Shown here piece by piece: positions 40,213 to 51,734 of a stretch of 64,000 nt of DNA. Below the pieces are notes generated by a model. That model searched no databases. It had not been told where the DNA came from and was given only the letters and a program-made list of their open reading frames with translations. The number at the start of each line of letters is the position of its first letter. The first letter of the stretch is position 1. Position numbers and translations under genes: made by a program. Origin of the DNA: a virus (lineage: Duplodnaviria; Caudoviricetes); IMG/VR virus record IMGVR_UViG_3300042864_000640, positions 1,394 to 65,393 of that record; one strand, given 5' to 3'.

Positions 40213-41612
40213 TGAATAAATGGCTATTATCCTTAACGATAATTGTTATATCATTATTCGCTGAACAAGCGATAGGGCAAACCTATACCCAAACATTCGT
40301 AGATAAGTGTACGGGTGAAAAAAAGATAGCCACAACTACGATAATAAATGGAAACGCAACTGTATCCTTTTATAATCAGGTCAGAACATTCACTCCATTA
40401 GAAGTACAAACGGGTTTAATTCAAAGTTGGTTACTAACAACTAAAACTACATACGAAGCATTAACTTGCCCCGTTATCAATAATCCAATAGTACAACAAG
40501 CCGTAGCAAATGCAGCTGCAACGGCAGCTAGTAGTGCAGCAGCTAGTGCGGCATCTTCGGCGGCTAGCTCAGCAGCTTCATCATCAGCATCTTCGGCGGC
40601 AAGTAGTTCAGCTAGTTCGGCTGCAGCTAGTTCGGCATCATCAACACCACCACCTACATCAACTCCACCGCCAGCAAGTGGTGGTTCATCACAAAGTGGG
40701 GGTAGTTCTTCATCATCTTCGTCACAAAGTTCGGGTAGTTCATCTGAAAGTAAAACGGAAGCAAAGACTGAAACCAAATCGGAAACAAAGAGTGAATCCA
40801 AATCGGAAAGCAAATCCGAAAGTAAGAGTGAGGAGAAAAAGGAAGAAGCTAAATCGGAATCCAAAGAGGAGAAGAAAGAAGAATCTAAATCAGAAGAAAA
40901 GAAGGAAGAGAAAAAAGAGGAGAAGAAGGAAGAAAAGAAAAAAGAAAAGCAAGCTGTATCTAATCCAATGTTATTATCATCAGATTTATCTACAATAGAA
41001 TCACCGGATGGTAGATGGTTACAATCAGCTACAATTGGTGTATCTAAAGCATCTATGGCTGGCGATGAAAGTTATACGGGAACTGCCGTTATTATGAGTG
41101 ATTTAAAAACATTCGTATTAAGTGGTGGATATACTAAGTTAGATTTTTCGGAAGGTAAATTAAACGCCATACATTCTTACTCATCTGCATTCGCATATTT
41201 GAATGGTAACTATATGAACTTATTAGGTTATACATGGATTAAACCAACTGCAAAGTATGGAGTATTTGGATATAATTTGGGGGTAATCAATTTACTGCTT
41301 GAAAATGGAAAAGGTGGATATGATTATAATATGTCAACATCAGCCGTAGCATTTTGGACAAAACCATATCAGTATAGTAAGAAACTAACGGTATCACCTC
41401 AAATATTTACAATGTTTGCTCCAATATCATATAATACAGTAGCAGGAATGACCACTGTGAATAGGCATATGGGATTCCTATTGGGTTCATCCTTTGATTA
41501 TAAAATCAGTAAAAGATTTGGACTTAGTATAAACTATAAGTTAAGTGGTAATACAGCACCCGGTTCACCATTCCTAAGCAACATTTTGATTGGAAGTAGA
41601 ATGATACTTTAA
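40212..41612 (+). CDS. Secreted protein with Ser/Ala- and Lys/Glu-rich linker and probable C-terminal beta-barrel
   Basis: Signal peptide, low-complexity middle, amphipathic beta strands at the C-terminus. Confidence 0.6.
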   Translation: MNKWLLSLTIIVISLFAEQAIGQTYTQTFVDKCTGEKKIATTTIINGNATVSFYNQVRTFTPLEVQTGLIQSWLLTTKTTYEALTCPVINNPIVQQAVANAAATAASSAAASAASSAASSAASSSASSAASSSASSAAASSASSTPPPTSTPPPASGGSSQSGGSSSSSSSQSSGSSSESKTEAKTETKSETKSESKSESKSESKSEEKKEEAKSESKEEKKEESKSEEKKEEKKEEKKEEKKKEKQAVSNPMLLSSDLSTIESPDGRWLQSATIGVSKASMAGDESYTGTAVIMSDLKTFVLSGGYTKLDFSEGKLNAIHSYSSAFAYLNGNYMNLLGYTWIKPTAKYGVFGYNLGVINLLLENGKGGYDYNMSTSAVAFWTKPYQYSKKLTVSPQIFTMFAPISYNTVAGMTTVNRHMGFLLGSSFDYKISKRFGLSINYKLSGNTAPGSPFLSNILIGSRMIL

Positions 41613-41653
41613 TTAATTTATGTTATATATATAGCTAAAATAAACGCAATCGG

Positions 41654-42256
41654 ATGAAGAAATTTTTATTATCAATTATCACTATTGTAGTGATATCGTT
41701 ATCAACATTCGCACAGGATGTTACAATTAAGAACCACGTATTTCAAGTGTTGTACTCACAAACATTAGAGCAACCATTAGTAATTAAATATCGTTCAACT
41801 AATAGACCAACTAAAGTTAATAGAGGGGCTATGGATTTCTATAAAGAAAAGGATATCAAAACATCTGATGCGGACGATTATAAGGCTAACATATATGATA
41901 AAGGACATGGTGCACCTGCTGCAACGTTTTCGGATAATATGGAAAACCTAAAACAAACCTTTTCATATTTGAATTGTATAATGCAAGACCAATACCTTAA
42001 CAGAGGTGAGTGGAGATTATTAGAAGAGCAAGAAAGAAAATGGGATGATACTGAAAACTTAACAATCATCATCAAATGTATATTCGATAAAACACCTAAG
42101 AGAGTACCAACGGGAGCAGCAATTCCATTGGTATTACATAAACATATCTATTTCGAAACACAAAAGAAATGGAAGTGTTATGTATTCTTAAATGAAAAAC
42201 CTAAATATAAGTGGGATGAGCTAGAAATGGTTTGCCCACCATCTGACCACCAATAA
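41654..42256 (+). CDS. DNA/RNA non-specific endonuclease (NucA-like) with signal peptide
   Basis: YDKGHGAPA, TF...N...Q...LNRG.W..LE. Confidence 0.85.
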   Translation: MKKFLLSIITIVVISLSTFAQDVTIKNHVFQVLYSQTLEQPLVIKYRSTNRPTKVNRGAMDFYKEKDIKTSDADDYKANIYDKGHGAPAATFSDNMENLKQTFSYLNCIMQDQYLNRGEWRLLEEQERKWDDTENLTIIIKCIFDKTPKRVPTGAAIPLVLHKHIYFETQKKWKCYVFLNEKPKYKWDELEMVCPPSDHQ

Positions 42257-42273
42257 AACAAAAATTAAAAGTA

Positions 42274-42687
42274 GTGTTTGTACCAAATCATTTACATCTA
42301 TTAGTAAAGGGGTATATGAGCAACCCACCAAAAGAAGAAGCTCGTTTGAATGAATTTTTCAAAAGTTTAGTAAATAAAGTTAGAATGGTAGTAGTTGCCG
42401 GCCCCACATCGGTGTATGTGAATGAGGAAGGTAATGAAGGAATTACGGGAACTGTAACATTGGCAACATCGCACTCATCGATACACGTTTGGGATGCACA
42501 AAGTCCATCGATGTTTCAGTTTGATTTATATAGTTGTTCGTGTTTTACGGCAGAAGAAGTATTAGAAGAATTAAATAGTTGGTTTCAGTTGGAATCGGCT
42601 AATTGGATTATGTTAGATAGAAATGGTGAAAACTTCTTATCAGCCGGTGCCGGAAAATGGGAAGGGGCTGGGGTAACGAAGTCGTAA
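42274..42687 (+). CDS. speD: S-adenosylmethionine decarboxylase-like proenzyme
   Basis: GITG...LATSHSSIHVW...DLYSC. Confidence 0.75.
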   Translation: MFVPNHLHLLVKGYMSNPPKEEARLNEFFKSLVNKVRMVVVAGPTSVYVNEEGNEGITGTVTLATSHSSIHVWDAQSPSMFQFDLYSCSCFTAEEVLEELNSWFQLESANWIMLDRNGENFLSAGAGKWEGAGVTKS

Positions 42688-42707
42688 CCTCAAAAATTTT
42701 TGATAGT

Positions 42708-43220
42708 ATGCGACCAATCAAGTTCGTAAGCCGTACCGAAGAGTTCGAGCTTATCGATGCATTAGGGGATGAGTTGTTAGAAGCCGGATGGAATGCTTTT
42801 AATTCTACTATCATAACGGTATCTACGGATTATTCGGCTATTGTTGGTCAAATCCTACGACATCACCTTTCATACGATGGTGAGATATGTGATGGATTCG
42901 GAATCGATGTTCCATACCCTGATGAAGAATGGGATGATAAATACATATTTGAAATGAGAACCGCCTTTCAAACCCATAAACACACATTTAGGTATAAGAC
43001 CCCTATATTGGTGGAAGCTGGGGTAATAAGGGGAGGGAACTACACATACGTTGTTGATTGGATGAGGAGGTATTTAGGTTACGACCAAAAGATAATTACT
43101 CTCACTCTATATGAGAACTTAGGGAGTAAGTTCAAATCCGATTTTGTGGGCGACTACTATGATGATACAATCCAAGACCTTACTTTTTGGTGGGAAAGGG
43201 ATAATAACCATTGGAAATAG
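42708..43220 (+). CDS. Phosphoribosyltransferase-fold-like protein
   Basis: ILVEAGVIRGGNY (PRPP-loop-like) and terminal FWWE. Confidence 0.5.
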   Translation: MRPIKFVSRTEEFELIDALGDELLEAGWNAFNSTIITVSTDYSAIVGQILRHHLSYDGEICDGFGIDVPYPDEEWDDKYIFEMRTAFQTHKHTFRYKTPILVEAGVIRGGNYTYVVDWMRRYLGYDQKIITLTLYENLGSKFKSDFVGDYYDDTIQDLTFWWERDNNHWK

Positions 43221-43230
43221 GGTATCTCGC

Positions 43231-43280
43231 TAACCCATTGATTTTTAACGACTTATAACTCATTGATAACCAATGGGTTA
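43231..43280. repeat. Tandem pair of 25-bp palindromes
   Basis: TAACCCATTGATTTTTAACGACTTA + TAACTCATTGATAACCAATGGGTTA. Confidence 0.85.
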
Positions 43281-43445
43281 TTTTTTTGCCCCATATTAAG
43301 GTTTTTTCTATATGTAACGGGTTGATGTTCTATAAAAAATTTTTGACTTTTACAACTTTTTTTTATAAAAAGCTTGTGCAATCCAATCTTTTTTTGTATC
43401 TTTACTAAGTAAATGAGAGACATTAATAATCTAAATCAATCAAAA

Positions 43446-45800
43446 ATGAGTAAAAGTTACATTAGTTCAGAAGAAATCTTAAAAGAAGTTTCAGAAATCG
43501 GTAATTTCAAAGGGTATATCGATAGTATGAGTGGTACATTGGAATGGTGGGATAAGGAAAACGATATTACTATATTAGCTACCCCAAATTGGGAAACCGA
43601 TGGTGAAGTACCTTTCGATGTAGATAGAGGTGATGGGATGGAAATATGGAATGTGTGTACTATTAAAATGATAGATGGTACTAAGGGTGAACAATTTACT
43701 CACTATCTTAATGTGTTAATGATGATAATGAATCATTACAAAAATATCAACGATAACAAATAATTTAACCTTAAAATTTAAAAATATGAGTTTACCATTT
43801 AATCTTAATTCAGTATTAGCAACCGCTTCTTTAATCGAAGGGTTCGATGTAGTTAGAAACGCTTTCCCTGTTGAAGGACGTTTTACTAAACGTGTTATCA
43901 CTTATTCAGATGCCGTATATGAGGCGTTGAATGATGTGATGGAAGATTATTCAGATTGGCCTGAAGACCAGGGGTTTGGTAGTTCCGATATGACTTACGT
44001 TCGTAAATCATTCGTTGATTCAATGATTAGTTTAGCTAATCTTAATGGTTATTATATGACCGATTTCAAACCCTACTTAAAAGTGGTTGAGTATTCGGAA
44101 ATTGAGAAGGAAGAATATGACCTTCGTAGAGAGCAGGGATTGTAATTATTAAACTTAAAACTTAAAAGATATGAAAATTAGAGAATTTTATTTAGAGGCT
44201 TACCCAACCGATGAATTGGGATTAGAACTTAACGAAACCCCAACGTTTCCTGGTTTATTAAATCAACTGATTGTTGATGGTGATGTGTATAGATACATTG
44301 GTGTTAGTGATAGTATTGTTAGAGAACGATTGTTTGAAAAACTGGCAGAGACTTTGAATGTTAGTTATGATTATATTTACAATTTATGGTTAAACTAAAC
44401 ATATGAGTAAATTACCTAAACATCGTATTTTAATGATGGAATCATTAGAATTGTTATTCAGCGGTAAGAAAGCTGAATTTAAAAAGAAACTTACAAAGGC
44501 TAAAGCCGAAACCAACAAATTTTATTCAATCAAATCTAAAACTAAATAACTATGGCTACTTCAAATTTCCACAATGTAAATGCTACTCACATATTCGCCG
44601 TTCAATTAGAAGATGAATGGGCTTATGATGACTTAGTAGAAAACTTAGAATCAGAATTCAGTAAACATTCCGACTATTATGATTATGGTAAAAGTGACCC
44701 GAATGAATTACGTTCGTTTCCATCCAAATCATTAGGTTCATTCAGTAATTCAGTAACCATCGAAGATGATGAAATTGAAATATATGTTACACCTGTTATT
44801 CGTAGTGGTTACTATGAAGGTGTTAACTTAGATTGGCATGTTAGATTGTATGTAAATGGATACGATGATGATACATACTCGGATGATGCCAGAGTGAGTG
44901 TAATCGCTAATGATTATATAGAGTTCATCGAAGATATCTTTGAGCAATATTCACAACCATTGGGAGTTACTGCCAGATTCAGTAACGGAGAAACTATTTA
45001 TCACGCTATAAAATAATAAAATATGAATTTAAGTATCAGAGAATTAAACGAATTAATTTATTCGTTAGGTATTACCGCACATCACGGTATGTTAGTAAAT
45101 AAAGAATTAAATGAATCTTTATTGGAAAAATTGTATGGAGAATTAAATAGTAAGTTATCCGAAGAAGATGATGATGATGGGAATTATCTTACTATACCAT
45201 CGGAAGATGAAATTCGTTCTCACTATGTAAGTAACGAAGAAGCTGATGAAGATTATCGTTCTACATTAGTACAAGATGAGGAAAGGTATGAAAAAAGTAA
45301 AGTTAATAAAGGTGTTACACAATCTATTTTGGATGTGGTAGAAATATTGGGCGAAATGTCACATACTGATATGCACAATTTTTATAGAAATACATTTGGT
45401 TCAAATAGTTTCTCACATATATTGAAAAGTTTGATTATACCTTATAAAAATAGACCTACTCGCCGTTATTTACATAAAGCTGCAAATGGAAAGTATGTAG
45501 TTAAAATAGCGGGGTTACATAATTGGGTAGTAAATGAATATTAAAATTTAATTTATGAAAGTAATAGAAATGATGCAATGTGTAAAATGTAATGGACATA
45601 TGCCATTATTACGTTTTACTAAATATGGCTATCGTAGTTGTGTTAATTGTTCTACTACACAAAAAGTAGGAGGAGTTCCAATTACGAATCATAAAACGGG
45701 TAACGAAATTCAGATAATGCCGATGGAAGATGCCCAACGATTATATAAATTATCCCAAAGGCAGGGATATGGCGTGTGTAAAGGAATGAAACATAACTAA
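43446..45800 (+). CDS. Run of small early hypothetical genes (43446-43763, 43786-44145, 44171-44398, 44403-44549, 44552-45016, 45023-45544, 45555-45800)
   Basis: Short, mostly acidic ORFs with A-rich starts after a host-type promoter; the last has CxxC...CxxC. Confidence 0.65.
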
Positions 45801-45815
45801 AAGTTAAATAGGTTA

Positions 45816-45865
45816 TAACCCGTTGATTATCAATGAGTTATAACCTATTGGTTTTCAACGAGTTA
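45816..45865. repeat. Tandem pair of 25-bp palindromes
   Basis: TAACCCGTTGATTATCAATGAGTTA + TAACCTATTGGTTTTCAACGAGTTA. Confidence 0.85.
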
Positions 45866-46092
45866 TGTATATAAACCGCTATAATATACCGGGTGGATTT
45901 GGGACCTGATTGGGGCATTTGAGGGGGATTTTGGGGTGTTTCTGTACGTTTTAGACCCCCTTATATCTAACTACACTATAAAAATATTTTGATATTTCCA
46001 AAAAATAATTGAAAAAATCCATTGCTATATCGGGAATATTTCGTATATTTACTAAGTAAATGAGAGACATTATTAATCAAATCAAATAAGTT

Positions 46093-49000
46093 ATGAGAAC
46101 TACAAATCAAAAAGCCATCGATTATTTAGAGGCTAATCCAATCGTTAAAAACTTCTTAGATAAGGTAAACGCTGAACGTAAAGAGTATTACGAAAAAGCT
46201 GATATGCCGAATCAATACAAAGAACTGACTGTTGAAATCGGTAACAAATTTATCCGATTATGGCAGGGTACAGGTTGTTGGGGATTCATCAGTAGAGTTG
46301 ATGATGTATTAAAAGGTTCACCGATTAAGAAAGGTGACTTGTTAAAAGCAGCAACGTGGAAAGCTCCGGCAAAGCATGCTAGAGGTAATATCATTGATGG
46401 TAGTGCCCGCTTTGGTGTTTATGGTCCTGAATATCTTTAATCTTTAAATTAAGAGTTATGAACAAAATAGAAGAATTAAAATCAGTAGTTGGTAAGGATG
46501 TATCGGAGAATCGTTCGCCAACATTAAGAGCTAAATTAATTAAAGTTAATAAAGCAACGTGTTTATTTGAGGTGGTACAATCACCTTATCGTAGTGGTGA
46601 TGAAAGTAGAATAGGTGAGCGGTATAGAGTACCAAATGCATGGGCTTGGAACGCATTTTTCTTTTAATCTTTAAAATCTAAAACAATGATAAAATCTAAA
46701 AAAAGTACAGGCATTGAAATTGACCTTACAGGCCCACAGGGTAACGTATTCTTTCTTATAGGTACGGCTAAAAATTTGGCTAAACAATTGGGAATGGATG
46801 CATCTGAAATTCAAAAACAAATGATGAGTGGTGATTATGAAAATGCAGTAAATGTATTTGATAAAAACTTTGGTAGTTTTGTAACCTTATATAGATAAAC
46901 ATATGAAAGCAATTCAATTACCCGAATCCTTTTACAAAGGTTTAATTTGTAAAATACACGTTTCTCTTAATGGTAAAAAAGCCACTAAGGAATTAAAAGT
47001 ATGTATGGTTAAAGCCCGTTCAATTACTTTTATAGAAGTTGATAAGGCTAATCGCCAAAACATTTTCCGTAAAGTTGATAGAAAGGATATCGTAGGATTT
47101 TCACCTACGGCTATTTGTGAAATTACTGTTAGGGATGGTATTTTGCCTGTTAGGTGGGAAAGTGCTTGGGATAGTATCGGACAACCATCTAATTCAGTAA
47201 AAAGTTATGGTAGGTTTGCACAAGCAGCTAAACCGTTTAGTAATCATTCAAAGGGATGGAGTGCAAACGCACCCCAATATCGTTCAACGGTAAACATCAA
47301 TGGATTTCCAATGGTATAAAAAATAATCGATATTTCCAAAAATAATCGATAAAATATTTGGCAATATCAAAACTATTTCGTATATTTACTATGTAATAAA
47401 AATGAGAGATATGAAAAATAAAATGAAATTTAACTACGCTGGGATGATTTGTGAAGTACCATCCAATTGTTTAATCACTACCAATCATTGGGGTGAACCA
47501 ATAGAAACTCCTTACATCCGTATCGGACGTAAAGAAGTTGCTTCCATTTCAAAGCAATTCGTTAAGAAAAACTTCCCTAACTTATTAGTATGGGCTAGTT
47601 CACAAACCTTCGCTAATGGTAATTCAGTTTCAATCGATGTGTGTAACGCCGATGGTACTGACTTAGATAGAGGTAGTGTCGAATGGAACAAAATCAGTTC
47701 GTTTGTTAATTCACTTAGTGGTGGTCGTTATAATGGTTACGAAGATATCTACGAATATGGTACAGGCAATGTAACTGAAAATGGTACTAAGATAGAATCT
47801 TACGCTAAGTATGTTCATTGTAACAACGCCGCTCCGCATGGAACTTGGCCATCGGCAATCAAAACTCTTAGAGGGTTAGTTGCTGGTGAGTATGTGTTTG
47901 GTGTGTTATCCTTAGAGAAAGCAATTGAGAAAGCTAAAACGTATGGTTATTCAGAAAGTAATATTGAAAAAGCAATAGCTTGTTTGTAATTAGTTAAACC
48001 TTAAAATTTAAAATATATGGATATCAGAGAAAAATGTAGAGAGCGAGCTACTAAATTCGCTATTGAGTATGGATTCACAAATGTAAGTGAACATATTCTG
48101 GATATTATGGTTTCTATTATGTGTACGCGTGATAAGAGTTCTTACGCAGGTGGTGGGTTCGTTGAAGCAGTAATTGCTAACAACTTATACTTAGCTCTTA
48201 GTAGAGCAGATACCGATTGTAGAAACAATATTTTCCTATTGGCAATGTGTAAACAAAATTGTTTCTTAAATGAATACGATTACTAATAAAAATTAAAACT
48301 TAAAATTTAAAACTATGGGATTTTTCAGTTGGAAAACACAAGATACAGATAGAAGTATCGCTAACACTTACTCTAATACTAAAACGTTTAGAGTACAAAT
48401 GATTGATAATAAAGGTAATGTATGGACTGAAACACAATACGATGGATATGGTGTATTTGGTGGTAAAGATTACTACGAATTACTTGCTGAAATGAATGGA
48501 TTCACATCCGATAAAACAGGTGATGAATATACTGATGAGGCGAGAGCATTTGGTATTAACATAGCATTCAAAGATAATGATAGTGGTGTAGGTACTGAAG
48601 GTGTTTACTATCCTAACTTAATTGAATTAGCTGATGGTTGGGTATATGAAATGGCTGGACCGGATAGCTGTGATTATCAGGGTTATTTCTATGATGAAAC
48701 GGATTACGATGATGAGGAAGATACTGAAGATGAATATTAAAAATTAATTATATAAACTTTAAAACTTAAAATTATGGGATTAGACATGTATTTAGACAAA
48801 CGTAGTTACGTTAGACAATGGGAACACATTGATGCTGATAAGCAATACAATGTAGAAGTTACGAGAGGTGGTGAACCTACAAATATTAACCCTAAAAAGG
48901 TTAAATATATTATCGAAGAAGCTGGATATTGGCGTAAGCAAAATCAAATCCATCGTTGGTTCGTTGAGAATGTACAAAAAGGTATCGATGATTGTGGTGA

Positions 49001-49226
49001 TTACTATGTGGATAGAGAGGCATTAAAAACTTTATTGGAATTGTGCCAGAAAGTTAAAGCTGATAATTCATTAGCAGATGAGTTATTACCTTCCGCTAGT
49101 GGGTTCTTCTTTGGAGGAACTGAATATGATGAATGGTATTTTAGTGGTATTGATAATACAATTGATATCTTAAAAGAAGCATTAGAAGATGAGAATGCTG
49201 ATTATTATTATTCATCATCTTGGTAA
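46093..49226 (+). CDS. Run of small early hypothetical genes (46093-46440, 46458-46667, 46686-46898, 46903-47319, ~47411-47989, 48017-48286, 48315-48740, 48774-49226)
   Basis: Common phage family motifs: KAATWKAPAKHARGNI; IDLTGPQGNVF; MGFFSW; MGLDMY...YWRK.NQIHRWF...YYSSSW. Confidence 0.7.
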
Positions 49227-49297
49227 AATAATTTAAATAAAGCTTTGATATATCAGATATATTATGTATATTTATAGTCAATAAAACGATAAGAGTT

Positions 49298-49675
49298 ATG
49301 AGTGAGAAAAATGTAAAAACTATCTTTTGTGATATCGATGGAACTATTTTAAGACAAGTAGATTTCAACGAATTAAATGAAAACAATTTTGAGGTTCTGC
49401 CAGGTGCTAGAGAAAAGTTTAGAGAATGGATTACCGCCGGACATCATATTGTAATCACTACTGCACGACCCGATTCTTTGAGAGGGGTGACCGTTAGACA
49501 ATTAGGAAACGCGGGATTTCAATTCCATCAATTAGTAATGGGTATTGGTAGAGAGGAACGTATCCTAATCAATAACAACTCTTCAAAAGATGAAGAACGT
49601 AATAGAGCATTGGCGGTATCAGTTAAAAGAGATGCCGGATTTAATAATTCTAATTGGGAAGAAGTAGGATTATAA
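49298..49675 (+). CDS. Small HAD-family phosphatase
   Basis: CDIDGTI, ITTAR, LVMG. Confidence 0.8.
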   Translation: MSEKNVKTIFCDIDGTILRQVDFNELNENNFEVLPGAREKFREWITAGHHIVITTARPDSLRGVTVRQLGNAGFQFHQLVMGIGREERILINNNSSKDEERNRALAVSVKRDAGFNNSNWEEVGL

Positions 49676-49708
49676 TATTATCTTATATTTATAATAAACT
49701 TTCGAATA

Positions 49709-50402
49709 ATGATAACATTAAAATCAATTATAGCTAATTCAAAATCTAAATCAGTTTTGAATGAAGCAGCTAAATTTGAAACATATCATAACACATATAC
49801 TTCAGCTATTAACGCAGCTAAAGCATACGCAGAAAAGCAAGGATATGAAATTAACGATGATGATTCTTTTAGAAAAATAGGGATGGGACCAAAACGACCA
49901 TCGGAAGGTAAGACTAATAGATTTAGTATTGAGTTATCTAAAGATGGTAAAGTTCAGAGAAAGCAACTTCACATTCAAGTGTATGGTATGAAAAGTAAAT
50001 ACGAATTAAACTGCTATATAAACTAATGAAACTAAAAGAACTTTTAAAGAAACAACCTACTAACGAAGCTCTAATGCATAATATGACTAGAGAAACTTCT
50101 TTGGATAGATTAAAAGAAGTTAGACATAATATAGTACCTTATAGTAAAGAAGCAGTTAAACATATTGATGCGGCTATTAAGCTTATAGAAAAATTTGATG
50201 TAAGATGATAAAATTAAAAACTTTAATAAAAGAATCAGCTCAATCTGATAAATTGGCATCTGAAATAAATAGAGCAATATCCAGAATAGATGATTCGATG
50301 TCATATGTTGATTTTGCTCATGCAGTAGGAAAAGTATTAAAGGATGAATATGGTTCTCACAACTATGAACTATTTATTAAAGAATTAAGAAAAAAATTAT
50401 AA
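49709..50402 (+). CDS. Three small proteins with an N-terminal M(I)KLK.L(L/I)...E motif (49709-50026, 50026-50208, 50205-50402)
   Basis: Coupled ORFs after an ATATTTATA motif; shared N-terminal signature. Confidence 0.6.
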
Positions 50403-51142
50403 TGATACGATTATCAGATTTATTGAATGAGGGTGTATATGACCCAGGTATCCTTAAATGTATATTTATGGCGGGTGGTCCTGGTAGTGGCAAATCTAAG
50501 GTAACCGAAGAAATATTTGGAATTGGTCACGGATTAAGTAGAGTAAACGCCGCCGGATTAAAGATTGTAAATTCGGATACTGCATTTGAAGCTCAATTAA
50601 AAAAGAGTGGTATTGATTCAAAAGATTTAGCAAGAATAGAGAAAGAAGAGCCTGAATTTTGGAAGAAAATAACAGAAGACCCTAAAGGTGTAAGAGAATT
50701 AGCTAAGCAAACTACTCAAAAAATTAAATCATTTTACGAAGAGGGTAGATTAGGAATGATTATTGATGGTACAGGCGATGATGTAGCTAAAATTCAAAAG
50801 CAAAAACAAAGAGCCGAAGCATTGGGATATGATACCTTTATGGTATTTGTAAATACTTCATTAGAAGTAGCTCAATATAGAAACTCTATGAGAGATAGGG
50901 TATTGCCTGATAATTTATTAATATCGAGTTGGAAAGAATGCCAAAACAATTTGGGTAAATTCCAAACAATGTTTTCATCAGCTAATTTTCGTATTGTAGA
51001 TAATAGTAAGAATGGAAATAATGTATCAAGTGATTGTAGAAAGCATGTTGATATGTTTGTAAACTCTGGCATTAAAAACGCAATTGGTAAAAAGTGGGTA
51101 ACCACACAATTGATGTTAAAAAATGCAAATATTATAAAATAA
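50402..51142 (+). CDS. Zeta-toxin/AAA_33-like P-loop kinase
   Basis: AGGPGSGKS, VNSD, IIDGTG, FVNTSLEVA..RN..R.R. Confidence 0.8.
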   Translation: MIRLSDLLNEGVYDPGILKCIFMAGGPGSGKSKVTEEIFGIGHGLSRVNAAGLKIVNSDTAFEAQLKKSGIDSKDLARIEKEEPEFWKKITEDPKGVRELAKQTTQKIKSFYEEGRLGMIIDGTGDDVAKIQKQKQRAEALGYDTFMVFVNTSLEVAQYRNSMRDRVLPDNLLISSWKECQNNLGKFQTMFSSANFRIVDNSKNGNNVSSDCRKHVDMFVNSGIKNAIGKKWVTTQLMLKNANIIK

Positions 51143-51195
51143 ATTTGGAAGTTTAAAAAACTTTCTGTATATTTGTAATAAGTTATTTGAAATAT

Positions 51196-51580
51196 GGGGG
51201 TGCCTGGTTTTGACAGGTACGATGAGTTAGTGATTTGATGCAAGCCGGGTTAGATGGAAATCCGTAAATACCTATCGAACAATAAACGCAGAAGAATTAT
51301 CTTCATTCACCTTCGAAGATGCTATGGCATTCGTAGGTGCTGATTACGCTGTAGCAGCCTAATCAAAACAATAGGGCCGGTGCACATACGCCTAGTAACA
51401 GAAGTGTTTACAAAGAGCTGGTTTTTGGTTCAGGCTCTAAAAGTTGAACCATCTAAGTTTAATAGTAGCAACGGGGAATTAGAAACTATTTATTTTGTTT
51501 GTTAAGAAAAACAAACTAAGCTTGTGAACGATGGTTATTAAATCCGTATTTGGACAAGGGTTCGACTCCCTTCACCTCCA
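51196..51580 (+). ncRNA. ssrA: tmRNA
   Basis: 5' GGGGGTG...TTGAC and 3' GGTTCGACTCC...CACCTCCA with a G3-U70 pair; tag ORF at 51288-51362 reads AEELSSFTFEDAMAFVGADYAVAA*. Confidence 0.95.
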
Positions 51581-51662
51581 CAAAAAAAATATTTTGTATT
51601 TTGGATTTTTTTCCGTATATTTGTATATATATAAATACAACGTAAGTTCTTTAAAATTATAT

Positions 51663-51734
51663 CGTGGCGTAGAGCAGTGGTAGCTCGTTAGGCTCATAAC
51701 CTAAAGGTCGGTGGTTCGAATCCATCCGCCGCAA
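51663..51734 (+). tRNA. tRNA-Met(CAT), initiator-like
   Basis: Cloverleaf; C1-A72 mismatch. Confidence 0.9.

Noticed and set aside
40510-40998. Alternative-frame ORFs over the Ser/Ala and Lys/Glu repeats
   Set aside because: An artefact of low-complexity coding sequence in 40212..41612.
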